Positions 16,552-24,917 of a DNA stretch of 32,000 nucleotides are shown here, piece after piece. Position numbers and translations under genes: made by a program. The notes beneath the pieces were generated by a model that had not been told where the DNA came from, ran no database searches, and was given only the letters and a program-made list of their open reading frames with translations. Location: assembly GCF_000018305.1 (NCBI RefSeq), contig NC_009954.1:1200001-1232000 (forward strand), in the 5' to 3' direction. The stretch comes from Caldivirga maquilingensis IC-167. GTDB taxonomy: Archaea; Thermoproteota; Thermoprotei; Thermoproteales; Thermocladiaceae. How positions within the stretch are numbered: position 1 is the stretch's first letter; every line of letters starts with the position of its first letter.

Positions 16552-18879
16552 TTACCTCCTTCTTAATGCTATTATTGCTGCAACAATGGCAATAATCACT
16601 ACAATGATTACTATTCCTGCTATTAGTGTTGTTGATACTACTGGTTTAGTGACTGTTACTGTGCTTACTGCCGTAGTGGTTGCTGTGCTTACTACTGTGC
16701 TTGTTGATGTTACAGTGGCAGTACTAGTCACAGTAGCAACAGCAGTTGAAGTAACAGTGGTTGTTGAGGTTGTTGTGGCCGTAGTCGTTGAAGTCGTTGT
16801 AGTTGAAGTAACTGGAGTGTACGTTGTGTGGAAGTATGATGCTACACAAGCCTGTATCGACGAATCTGGGTTAGGTAAGCCTATGAAATCAGCCACAACC
16901 TTAAACCTTGGATTAGTCCACAATGAACCATTAATAATAGCCTCAGCTAATGGTGGAATAATACCAGTGGGTGCATAGGCGCCTAGTAGCACGTAATACA
17001 TGGGTCCGTAAACCCACCAGTAATCCGCTGTACCAACTATGGCGTAGTTTACTGATGGTGGTAAGCAATCATAGGTCCAGTTTATATCGGCAACGGATGG
17101 TAGGTAGTAAAGGGGCGTAATCTTATCATATAATGGTACTGAGGGTACGAAGTAGTAGTACCATGCGAATATTGCGTCTATTGCTAGGTTGTAGTTCGGT
17201 GTGTTTGGTTGAGCCACAGCATCAAAGAATACTTGCCAGTTGCTTAGGTTTATGTAGCCGTATGTTGAGTTGATGCACCATACTATTGTGCTATTGGGTA
17301 GATTCAATGATGCTGGTGCAGTGACTGGTGTGCATGTACCATTAGGCCACTGGAATGGCCAAACCTCACTACCAGGAGTATAAGCAGATATTGCCGCACC
17401 TGAGTATACCCATGGATCCTGGAGGAAGGACCAAGCACTACCATATGATGGCGTGGCTGCAAGCCAAGTAGTTTCTGCCTCATATTGACCACTGGGTATT
17501 ATTGTTCCATAGAATACTCCAACATCAAGCCCAATTAACTTGGCATTAATACCGAATTTCTGTAATTGAGATACTGCATCACTGGTCATTGTCATCCAAT
17601 CACTAAACCCACTAACACTATACACCAGTAGGCTTAGTTCAGTGCCGTTTGGTGTGTACCAGTATCCGTTAATCTTCTTGAATCCTAGGCTCTGCAGTAT
17701 TTGAGCCGCCTTGGCTGGATCATAGGAGCACGGTATAATGAACTGCCTAACACTTGGCGGATAAGTATCAATAGTCTCGGGGACTATTGGCTCAGGGTAG
17801 TAGTCTGGTTTACTAATGGCTAAGCCCCATGAGGCTCCAACCTCAGTCCTATTAATAACATAACACAAAGCCTCCCTAACCTGAGGAATATTCCAAGGAT
17901 AATCATGAGGATTAATGTAAATACCCATGGTGTTCCAAGTGGGTGCAAAGTATATACCCACGCCGCGTGACTTAAGTAACTGCACCTGCTGCAGTGAAAA
18001 ACCAGCACTACCCCATGTTGCCTTAAGAGCATACCAGTACTCGTAGGCTACTGAATTCGGCCCCCATATTGCCTCATAGGTTGGGTCATAGTAGTACCAA
18101 TCCGCCAGTGGGAATATGTTAAGCCACTCGTTAAGTAGGTTACTTGGCTCGAGAGTTAGTGTCATATAGTTTGAACTGAAGTAAGTTAGGTACCATGGGT
18201 AAATACCCCAGTAGGGTACATTAATTTCGGTTACATTAGTACTGAACTTCATTGCCTGGGAAACACTCATTGACTTCAATTCATTAACCACAGGTTCCCA
18301 TACAAACCATGGTGCATTTACACACTGGGTTAATACCCAGACTGGTATTAGGGGTGACCATTTGTTGACTAGTATTTGTAGGGTGTAGTTGTTTAATACC
18401 CTTAGGTCCTCGTTGAGTAGGGATTGGTTAATGAAGGGTGTCCACCAGCCGAAACTCTTAATACCAATGTAATACTCCGCGTAAAGGTCCCATGCGGTGA
18501 AGGGCATTGTGGCTGAGCCATTAAACCAGTATAAGCCCTTCCTAAGGTAGATGGTTAAAATACCACTACCATTAGGCAAAACCTGAACAGTCCAATTCTC
18601 AGCAAGAATAGGCCAGAATTGACCAGTTATATAGCTATAGAATGCCAGTGGGAAATATGTGCCGAAGCTAGATATACTGCATGTAGCTAAGCCTATTGGA
18701 TTATACGGATTGTAAATGGGGGTACCTGGAGCAATCTCAAAGGTGGCGCCAGCGACAGGGAAAATTATCTGAGGCTTCTGTTGTGCATAGGTCACATTTA
18801 TACCGTATATGACTAGAAGCATGGCTATTATGCTTAACACTATACCTATTACTTTTAGTGACATACCAGTCATACGCAT
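16552..18879 (-). CDS. ABC transporter substrate-binding protein, family 5 (Dpp/Opp-like; often sugar-binding in Crenarchaeota), C-terminally anchored
   Basis: 775 aa with an N-terminal signal/TM segment and a family-5-like block LRKGLYWFNGSATMPFTAWDLYAEY. The C-terminus has a Thr-rich linker, a TM anchor and RRR. From TATA spacing the likely true start is ATG 18873 (MTGMSLKV). Confidence 0.8.
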   Translation of the reverse strand: MRMTGMSLKVIGIVLSIIAMLLVIYGINVTYAQQKPQIIFPVAGATFEIAPGTPIYNPYNPIGLATCSISSFGTYFPLAFYSYITGQFWPILAENWTVQVLPNGSGILTIYLRKGLYWFNGSATMPFTAWDLYAEYYIGIKSFGWWTPFINQSLLNEDLRVLNNYTLQILVNKWSPLIPVWVLTQCVNAPWFVWEPVVNELKSMSVSQAMKFSTNVTEINVPYWGIYPWYLTYFSSNYMTLTLEPSNLLNEWLNIFPLADWYYYDPTYEAIWGPNSVAYEYWYALKATWGSAGFSLQQVQLLKSRGVGIYFAPTWNTMGIYINPHDYPWNIPQVREALCYVINRTEVGASWGLAISKPDYYPEPIVPETIDTYPPSVRQFIIPCSYDPAKAAQILQSLGFKKINGYWYTPNGTELSLLVYSVSGFSDWMTMTSDAVSQLQKFGINAKLIGLDVGVFYGTIIPSGQYEAETTWLAATPSYGSAWSFLQDPWVYSGAAISAYTPGSEVWPFQWPNGTCTPVTAPASLNLPNSTIVWCINSTYGYINLSNWQVFFDAVAQPNTPNYNLAIDAIFAWYYYFVPSVPLYDKITPLYYLPSVADINWTYDCLPPSVNYAIVGTADYWWVYGPMYYVLLGAYAPTGIIPPLAEAIINGSLWTNPRFKVVADFIGLPNPDSSIQACVASYFHTTYTPVTSTTTTSTTTATTTSTTTVTSTAVATVTSTATVTSTSTVVSTATTTAVSTVTVTKPVVSTTLIAGIVIIVVIIAIVAAIIALRRR
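16627..16818 (-). repeat. Low-complexity Thr/Ser/Val-rich linker coding region
   Basis: Residues 688-751 read TPVTSTTTTSTTTATTTSTTTVTSTAVATVTSTATVTSTSTVVSTATTTAVSTVTVTKPVVSTT. This region is the source of the spurious antisense ORF 16586..16978. Confidence 0.85.
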
Positions 18880-18893
18880 TAAGGTACTATGTG

Positions 18894-18901
18894 TTTTATA
18901 A
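18894..18901 (-). promoter_or_regulatory. TATA box (minus strand ttataaaa) for the family-5 binding-protein gene
   Basis: It lies 28 nt upstream of ATG 18873 but only 22 nt from the track start at 18879. Confidence 0.5.
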
Positions 18902-19110
18902 GGTTTACTATATATATATGATATGTGATATCCTATTTATTCCAACATTATGATTTAAGATTATTTATGAAATAAAATAGTACTAGGCATTAAGCTCTAA
19001 GTCCCCTACATTAGTACATAATACATTTATAATGCTAACATTAATATTGAAGAATTATCCACACTGAGAGAAAAGAGGCAGACCTAGTTAATTACTTTTG
19101 GCATACTCAC

Positions 19111-19308
19111 TCAGTAGTAATGACTATTACTACGACCATATCCTATTACTAGTATTGACACTATTGGTTTGGTTACAGTGGTTACTGCAATGGTTATAGC
19201 TATACTGGTCACTGTGCTTATTATCATTGATGCAATTATTGAAGTAGTCGCTACAGTGGTTGAAGTCACTGGGTTATATGGTATGTGGAAGTATGATGTA
19301 GCACAATC
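19111..19308 (-). pseudogene. Decayed 3' fragment of a paralogous family-5 substrate-binding protein gene
   Basis: The minus-strand translation is DCATSYFHIPYNPVTSTTVATTSIIASMIISTVTSIAITIAVTTVTKPIVSILVIGYGRSNSHYY*. It aligns with the intact protein tail ACVASYFHTTYTPVTSTTTT...VTVTKPVVSTT. It is preceded by in-frame TAG (19309-19311, where the intact gene has Q) and TGA (19327-19329). The TM anchor is frameshifted. Confidence 0.65.
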
Positions 19309-19373
19309 CTATAAGGAATTAAGTTCTCATGAAATTAAGCAAATAATACCAACCATACCTAGTACGCATGAAG

Positions 19374-19381
19374 TTTTAAAA
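19374..19381 (+). promoter_or_regulatory. TATA box (ttttaaaa) for the second MFS gene
   Basis: It starts 31 nt upstream of ATG 19405. Confidence 0.5.
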
Positions 19382-19404
19382 TGCCATAAGCACTGGGTTA
19401 ATGC

Positions 19405-20592
19405 ATGGCAATGGGCACTAAGTGGAATGAGGTTTGGAAAATATCCTTCTCAGCATTCTTTGCTGATCTGGGGTACCAGGTAGCCGTCGTCGTGTTTCCC
19501 TTGATCTTCGTGCTATACCTGGGTGCGCCCATTTGGCTTTACGGTGTTGCTGAGGCTATTAATTACGGGTTAGGCGCCTTCCTGGGGTTCCTAGGTGGGT
19601 TGGTGAGTGATGTGGTGGGTAGGAAGAGGGTTGCCTTAGTGGGTAATGCGGTAATACTAGTGTTGACGCTCCTAGGGTTCTCGAGGTATTGGTGGCAGGC
19701 CCTGGTGATATTCATGATTGGGTGGTGGGCAAGAAACTTTAGGACACCACCCAGGAGGGCTATGCTCACTGAGGTCACGCAGCCCAGTGATAGGAGCCAT
19801 GCCTTTGGTATACTGCATGCCTTGGATATAACAGGAGCCGTGTTAGCCATAACATACACTGCAGTCCTGCTATTCATTAAATTTCCCATAGAGTACCTAC
19901 TGGCCATAACCGCCATACCCCTCACGGCATCCACATTACTGCTCTCCCTAGTTAATGTGAGCGGGGCCAGGGTAAATGGCGTGAGGGGCACGTTTACTTC
20001 ATTTAGAACTAGGTCAAGCACAAACCTATGGTTCATAGTGGTGTCCACATTCCTCTTCGGATTCAGCCAGTATAGTTTCGGGTTCCCCATAATAACCACT
20101 ATGCAATTCACCCACGAGGATTACCTGGCCGTGGTAACGTATGGGGTATTCCTAACGGCCTCGGCAATCTTCGGTTATTTATTCGGAAAACTAAGGCTAA
20201 GTGAGTACAGGGGGTTGGCCTTCCTGGGCTACCTAATGGGCTCGGTGGCATCCCTGGGTTTCGCACTACTTGCACCACTGGGTATCCTGGGCACGTATCC
20301 AATGGCGTTCTTACTAGGTATTGCTGTGGCGGGTACCGAGGTCTTCGAACCAACAATAGTCTCTAGGCTCGTGCCAGAGGAGTCCCTGGGCTCAGGTATG
20401 GGTATGCTAACCCTGGGCAGGAGTATTGGTTTACTTCTTGGGAATTCAGTAATGGGGCTGTTATACCAAATACACTACACATACTCATACTACTTCGCAT
20501 CAGCAACATCCTTCGCAGCCTTCATAATAATCATGCTAATACAGAGAACCATGAAACTAGGACTAATCAAGGGACTCAACCATAATCATTAA
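19405..20592 (+). CDS. Major facilitator superfamily transporter
   Basis: 395 aa with about 12 hydrophobic segments and the MFS loop motif GGLVSDVVGRKR between TM2 and TM3. Confidence 0.8.
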   Translation: MAMGTKWNEVWKISFSAFFADLGYQVAVVVFPLIFVLYLGAPIWLYGVAEAINYGLGAFLGFLGGLVSDVVGRKRVALVGNAVILVLTLLGFSRYWWQALVIFMIGWWARNFRTPPRRAMLTEVTQPSDRSHAFGILHALDITGAVLAITYTAVLLFIKFPIEYLLAITAIPLTASTLLLSLVNVSGARVNGVRGTFTSFRTRSSTNLWFIVVSTFLFGFSQYSFGFPIITTMQFTHEDYLAVVTYGVFLTASAIFGYLFGKLRLSEYRGLAFLGYLMGSVASLGFALLAPLGILGTYPMAFLLGIAVAGTEVFEPTIVSRLVPEESLGSGMGMLTLGRSIGLLLGNSVMGLLYQIHYTYSYYFASATSFAAFIIIMLIQRTMKLGLIKGLNHNH

Positions 20593-20933
20593 CTCACCCT
20601 AAACCAAGCAGTCATTAACTACACAGTGCCTGCGAACCAGGAGATTCCTAAACCTAATAAGCCCCAATACCCAAGGGTTATTAAACCATGGCCCTTCATT
20701 AGAATTAGTCTTGCCCACGTGAAGAACCAGCACCCTGAGGCCCTCAGGGCCTCAGCAATAGCAATTAATCCACACCTAATAACCAACCCACTCAACGTCA
20801 TTTAACTTCTCGTAAAGTTCACCAGCAGGCTTCTTAATTATGTCTCGTTAAGGGCACATGGTTAAGTAAAGCATAACTTAACATGGGTACACAGCATTAA
20901 TTCAATATTCTAATAAACATTATGAGATTAAAT

Positions 20934-21023
20934 TGGCGCCGGGGCCGGGATTTGAACCCGGGCCCCCTTTGCGGGGACGGGATCTCGAGTCCCGCGCCTT
21001 GGACCAGGCTCGGCCACCCCGGC
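20934..21023 (-). tRNA. tRNA-Ser (anticodon CGA), long variable arm, genomically encoded CCA, no intron
   Basis: The reverse complement folds by hand. Acceptor is GCCGGGG/CCCCGGC. The anticodon stem CGGGA/TCCCG carries loop CTCGAGA. The T-arm is CCGGG-TTCAAAT-CCCGG, and the discriminator G is followed by CCA. Confidence 0.9.
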
Positions 21024-21047
21024 GGTTCTCATTAATCATGCGTCCCC

Positions 21048-21055
21048 ATTTTTAA
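21048..21055 (-). promoter_or_regulatory. TATA-like box (minus strand ttaaaaat) for tRNA-Ser
   Basis: It starts 32 nt upstream of the mature 5' end (21023). Confidence 0.5.
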
Positions 21056-21107
21056 GCTTTTATAAGATTCAGTAGTTAAGGCGTAAGGGCGATGGTTACG
21101 TCACTGG

Positions 21108-22070
21108 TTATGGGTTGAATACTCCGTTGAACTCTATATTAACTCCAATCCCCTCCTTAATGGCCTTATCGTAGATTAGCTTAGCCACGGTAATGTCCTC
21201 AATGGATATGCCCAGGGACTTGAAGATTGTTATTGATTGCGAATTCTCCCTGCCCTTAACATTGCCTATAACTATATCCGATAATTTAACCACCCTACCC
21301 CAAACAGCCTCACCAGTCATTATTAAGTCCCCTGCCTCCTCCTTAGCCTGCTCCAGGTCATCAACGGCGATTAAATCAGCCTTATTAACGGCATCAGGTG
21401 CTAATTCAGCCCTATTCCTCCAGTTGCTTCCAATTGCATTAACGTGAATGCCTTCACTTAGGTATTCACCCTTTATGAATGGTTCCCTTGAGTTTGTTGC
21501 GGTCACTAGGACGTCAACTTTGCATACTTCCCTATAATCATTAACAATCACTGCGTCAACGCCATTGGACTTAATGTAGGATGCGAATGCCTCGGCATTA
21601 GCCCTACTCCTACTAATCACCTTAACCCTCCTAAGCATGCCCGTGGAGTTGAATGCCTCAAACTGAGCCCTAGCCTGCCTACCTGAACCAACTATGCCTA
21701 ATTCACTCATTGAGTTAGCCATATACTTACTCGCCACAACAGACGCTGCCCCTGTCCTAATTTGCCCAAGCCTATCAGCCTCAATAATCGCTAATAATTC
21801 CCCCGTCTCAACGCTGAATAATAGGACAATGAACCTAGTCCCCTGCCTAGTACTCATGTATGCCTTTAAACCAGCAACATTATAGTCACCTAAGACACCG
21901 CTTTGAAGAACATGAAGTATAGCATTAGGTAACACAACCCTACGCCTAGGTAAGTTAACCGCCTTCCCTAACCCAAGTAACCTAAACCCATCCTCAACGG
22001 CCTTAATTGCCTCATTATATGTAAGTAACTTATTCACCTCCCCCTCCCTAATGTAAAGTGTCATGACCAC
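21108..22070 (-). CDS. Ornithine cyclodeaminase/mu-crystallin family NAD(P)-dependent enzyme (archaeal alanine dehydrogenase-like)
   Basis: 320 aa with the family N-terminus (LLTYNEAIKAVEDGF), a Rossmann motif GIVGSGRQARAQ and the typical family length. Confidence 0.8.
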   Translation of the reverse strand: MVMTLYIREGEVNKLLTYNEAIKAVEDGFRLLGLGKAVNLPRRRVVLPNAILHVLQSGVLGDYNVAGLKAYMSTRQGTRFIVLLFSVETGELLAIIEADRLGQIRTGAASVVASKYMANSMSELGIVGSGRQARAQFEAFNSTGMLRRVKVISRSRANAEAFASYIKSNGVDAVIVNDYREVCKVDVLVTATNSREPFIKGEYLSEGIHVNAIGSNWRNRAELAPDAVNKADLIAVDDLEQAKEEAGDLIMTGEAVWGRVVKLSDIVIGNVKGRENSQSITIFKSLGISIEDITVAKLIYDKAIKEGIGVNIEFNGVFNP

Positions 22071-22110
22071 TACCCCTTAGGTTGGGGCTTTGAGGTGTAT
22101 TTAAGGGTTA

Positions 22111-23436
22111 ATGAACTTAACTCACTGCAAGGATTTAAAACACGGTGCCGCTGGAAGTGAATTAATGGAGGATGTTACTGGTAAGGGGTTTAGGGAGGTT
22201 AAGCCTATTAATATTGTGCTCAGGGAGGCGTTGGCGTTAATTAAGCATACACCTAATGTAACTGAGGTTGATTTAAATAACGCGGTGGGTAGGTATTTGG
22301 CTGAGGATGTTTACTCAAGTATTGATGCTCCACCATTCAATAGGTCTGCTGTTGATGGGTACGCGGTGAGGAGTATTGACACCTTCGGCTCTTCACCAAC
22401 AAACCCAGCGGTACTTAGGGTTAAGGGTTACTTACCCGTTGGTGAAGATCCCGGGAAATACGTGGTGAATCAAGGTGAGGCTGTGGAAATAGCCACTGGG
22501 GCACCTCTTCCCCCAGGTGCTGATGCGGTGGTTATGTATGAGAACACGGGTAGGAGGGGGGATTACGTTGAGGTTTACAGACCAGTGGCCCCCATGGATA
22601 ATGTATCGAGGATTGGGGAGGATGTGGCTAAGGGTGAGTTAATATTCAGGAGGGGTACCTTGATTAAGCCCTGGGACCTTGGGGTATTGGCATCAATGGG
22701 CGTGGTTAAGGTTAGGGTTTATGAACCCAGGGTCATGTTGATTGTGACTGGTAATGAGCTTATTGAGGTTGAGGATGCCTTAAAGGGTGGCTTACAACCG
22801 GGTAAGGTGATTAATAGTACTAGATTCGTGTTAACAGCGATGCTTAAGAGCCTTGGATGCACTGTTGATTACCTTAAGCTACATGATGATGAAGCCGTGA
22901 TAAGGGATCACGTGGCCAGGGCCCTCATTGACCATGATGCCGTAGTGACCACGGGTGGGGCCTCGGTGGGTAAGGTTGATTACACCATAAGGGCTGTGGC
23001 TGATTTAAAACCAGAGTACTTTAATCATGGGTTAGCCATTAGGCCGGGTAAACCCAATAGCATCGCCGTGAAGGATGGTAAACCAGTATTCATGCTAAGC
23101 GGCTTCCCAGTGGCCTCGTTAACGGGCTTCGAGGTTCTTGTTAAGCCGATTCTACTCCACATGATGAATGCTGTTGATGAACCTAGACCCAGGGTTAAGG
23201 GTGTTTTAACGAGGAGGGTTGCAACACCCATAAACACAAGGTCCTTCATTAGGGTTAGGGTTTACCTGGGTAGGGATGGTAGGGTTTACGTTGAGCCCCT
23301 TGCCTTAACGGGTAGTGGTGTATTGACTACGTTGGTTAAGGGTAATGGTATACTTGTGGTTCCTGAGAATAGGGAGGGTTACGATGAGGGTGATGAGGTT
23401 GAGGTTGAGTTAATAAGGCCAATATTCACCGAGTAG
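22111..23436 (+). CDS. moeA: Molybdopterin molybdenumtransferase MoeA
   Basis: 441 aa. PPFNRSAVDGYAV, TTGGASVGKVDY and the MoeA domain order support the call. The start is uncertain: the ATG at 22165 (MEDVTGKGF) gives an N-terminal length more like characterised MoeA. Confidence 0.9.
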   Translation: MNLTHCKDLKHGAAGSELMEDVTGKGFREVKPINIVLREALALIKHTPNVTEVDLNNAVGRYLAEDVYSSIDAPPFNRSAVDGYAVRSIDTFGSSPTNPAVLRVKGYLPVGEDPGKYVVNQGEAVEIATGAPLPPGADAVVMYENTGRRGDYVEVYRPVAPMDNVSRIGEDVAKGELIFRRGTLIKPWDLGVLASMGVVKVRVYEPRVMLIVTGNELIEVEDALKGGLQPGKVINSTRFVLTAMLKSLGCTVDYLKLHDDEAVIRDHVARALIDHDAVVTTGGASVGKVDYTIRAVADLKPEYFNHGLAIRPGKPNSIAVKDGKPVFMLSGFPVASLTGFEVLVKPILLHMMNAVDEPRPRVKGVLTRRVATPINTRSFIRVRVYLGRDGRVYVEPLALTGSGVLTTLVKGNGILVVPENREGYDEGDEVEVELIRPIFTE

Positions 23437-23905
23437 TGAAGAGCCTAATCAACGTATCCTTAACCTCACCAAGCACCTTAACGAGGGAATTATAGTCAAT
23501 TGACTTCTGGTCAACCTCACTGTAAAGTAGAACCCTCTCCTCCCCGTAATCCCTTGTTAAGGCTAGTAGAATATTACGGGAGCCATTAATCCCCTCACCG
23601 AGACATATACTGTACTCCTCCGGGGGTAGGTACATGTCAACTGTGGCCCTTGTGGATGAGCCACTGCAGTTAACCTTACCCCTGAGGATTGGTGTTACAT
23701 CACTAATTATCATTACCTTCCCAGTGGAGAAGAGGTAGGCGTTTATTGTCCTTGGATTACCCCCAATGTTAATTATCAGTGATGCGAAGGCTTTAATCGA
23801 CTTACCCTGAGTCCTGTAGGCGTAGATATCCATTATACCCCACTTACCCTTATAATCCCTATACACCGTTAGGAAGGCCTCAATAAACCTCTCAGTAATC
23901 CCCAC
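23426..23905 (-). CDS. Hypothetical protein (159 aa)
   Basis: An intact ORF starting with GTG at 23905. A TATA-like ttaaatta starts exactly 30 nt upstream. No motif was recognised. Confidence 0.55.
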   Translation of the reverse strand: MGITERFIEAFLTVYRDYKGKWGIMDIYAYRTQGKSIKAFASLIINIGGNPRTINAYLFSTGKVMIISDVTPILRGKVNCSGSSTRATVDMYLPPEEYSICLGEGINGSRNILLALTRDYGEERVLLYSEVDQKSIDYNSLVKVLGEVKDTLIRLFTTR

Positions 23906-23980
23906 TTCCGGCGCCTCACCGTAACCCTAATTTAACTTTCCCCTCACTTACCTGTAAGCCTTAACTAACTCTGATTAAGG

Positions 23981-23988
23981 TTTATAAA
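23981..23988 (+). promoter_or_regulatory. TATA box (tttataaa) for rpoD
   Basis: It starts 28 nt upstream of GTG 24009 but only 19 nt from the track start at 24000. Confidence 0.55.
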
Positions 23989-23999
23989 ATACCCAGTTA

Positions 24000-24917
24000 G
24001 TGGGGCATGTGGTATCAGTTAAGGTTCTCCAGTACAGTGATGATTACTTGAAATTCGTGGTGGAGGGTGTTAAGCCAAGCCTAATTAATTCACTTAGGAG
24101 GATACTGATCACTGATGTTCCTGTATTAGCCATTGATAGGGTTATTGTCCTAGATAACACCACGGTAATGTATGATGAGGTTCTTGCCCATAGGCTATCA
24201 ATGATTCCGCTTAAGACTAATCTAGAGAAGTTACCTAAGATTGAGGAGTGTGAGGATGAGTTAGTTGACCCAAGCCTATGCCAGGTTAGGTATCAGTTGA
24301 GTATTAAGGCTAATGACCAGGTGGTTTCCGTTTACGCTAAGGATTTAATCCCAGATGACCCAGACTTCGCCCCAGTTTACCCAGATACATTAATAGTTAA
24401 GATGAGTAAGGGCCAAGTACTCTCCATTGAGGCTTACGCCAAGTTAGGTAGGGCTAGGGATCACGCCAAGTGGCAGGCATGCTTAGCATCATACTACTAC
24501 TACCCGAAGGTTCAGTTACTTAACCCAAGGGATGAGAGGTGCGCCGCATGCCTTGAATCATGCAAGGGGATTACTAGGAAGAATGATGAATACGTCATAA
24601 CGGATCCTCTTCAATGCACCTTCGATAACTGGAAGACATGCGAGGAGGCGTGCAGCGGCTCACTGGTGGTGGATTGGGATGAGGATAAGTACGTCTTCTG
24701 GGTTGAGAACTACGGTAACATGAGTATGGTGAATCTACTTAAGGAGGCCTTCAGGGTGTGGAAGTGGCGCTTCACCACTTTCCTTGACGTTATACGCAAT
24801 GAGGCTAAAAGACAGGCAGCAAGGCCAAGTGAATCAAGTGAAGCCGAGGGTCAGGGGGATACGGGTAATAATCAAACCCAGGCCACTGATGAGGGTTTAA
24901 ACCAGGCTCAGGGTTAA
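24000..24917 (+). CDS. rpoD: DNA-directed RNA polymerase subunit D (Rpo3) with Cys-rich Fe-S-type domain
   Basis: The N-terminus [24 protein letters not shown] matches the RpoD dimerisation domain. The Cys cluster is CAACLESC...C...CEEAC. The probable true start is GTG 24009 (VSVKVLQ...). A 35-40-aa acidic/Q-rich C-terminal tail is present. Confidence 0.9.
   Translation: MGHVVSVKVLQYSDDYLKFVVEGVKPSLINSLRRILITDVPVLAIDRVIVLDNTTVMYDEVLAHRLSMIPLKTNLEKLPKIEECEDELVDPSLCQVRYQLSIKANDQVVSVYAKDLIPDDPDFAPVYPDTLIVKMSKGQVLSIEAYAKLGRARDHAKWQACLASYYYYPKVQLLNPRDERCAACLESCKGITRKNDEYVITDPLQCTFDNWKTCEEACSGSLVVDWDEDKYVFWVENYGNMSMVNLLKEAFRVWKWRFTTFLDVIRNEAKRQAARPSESSEAEGQGDTGNNQTQATDEGLNQAQG

Noticed and set aside
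20619-20801. 60-aa hydrophobic minus-strand ORF downstream of the MFS gene.
   Set aside because: It lies in a tract whose skewed composition removes stop codons on both strands. The nearest TATA-like box (20834-20841) is 33-40 nt away, outside the 28-31-nt window seen elsewhere. It is not excluded as a real small membrane protein but is unsupported.
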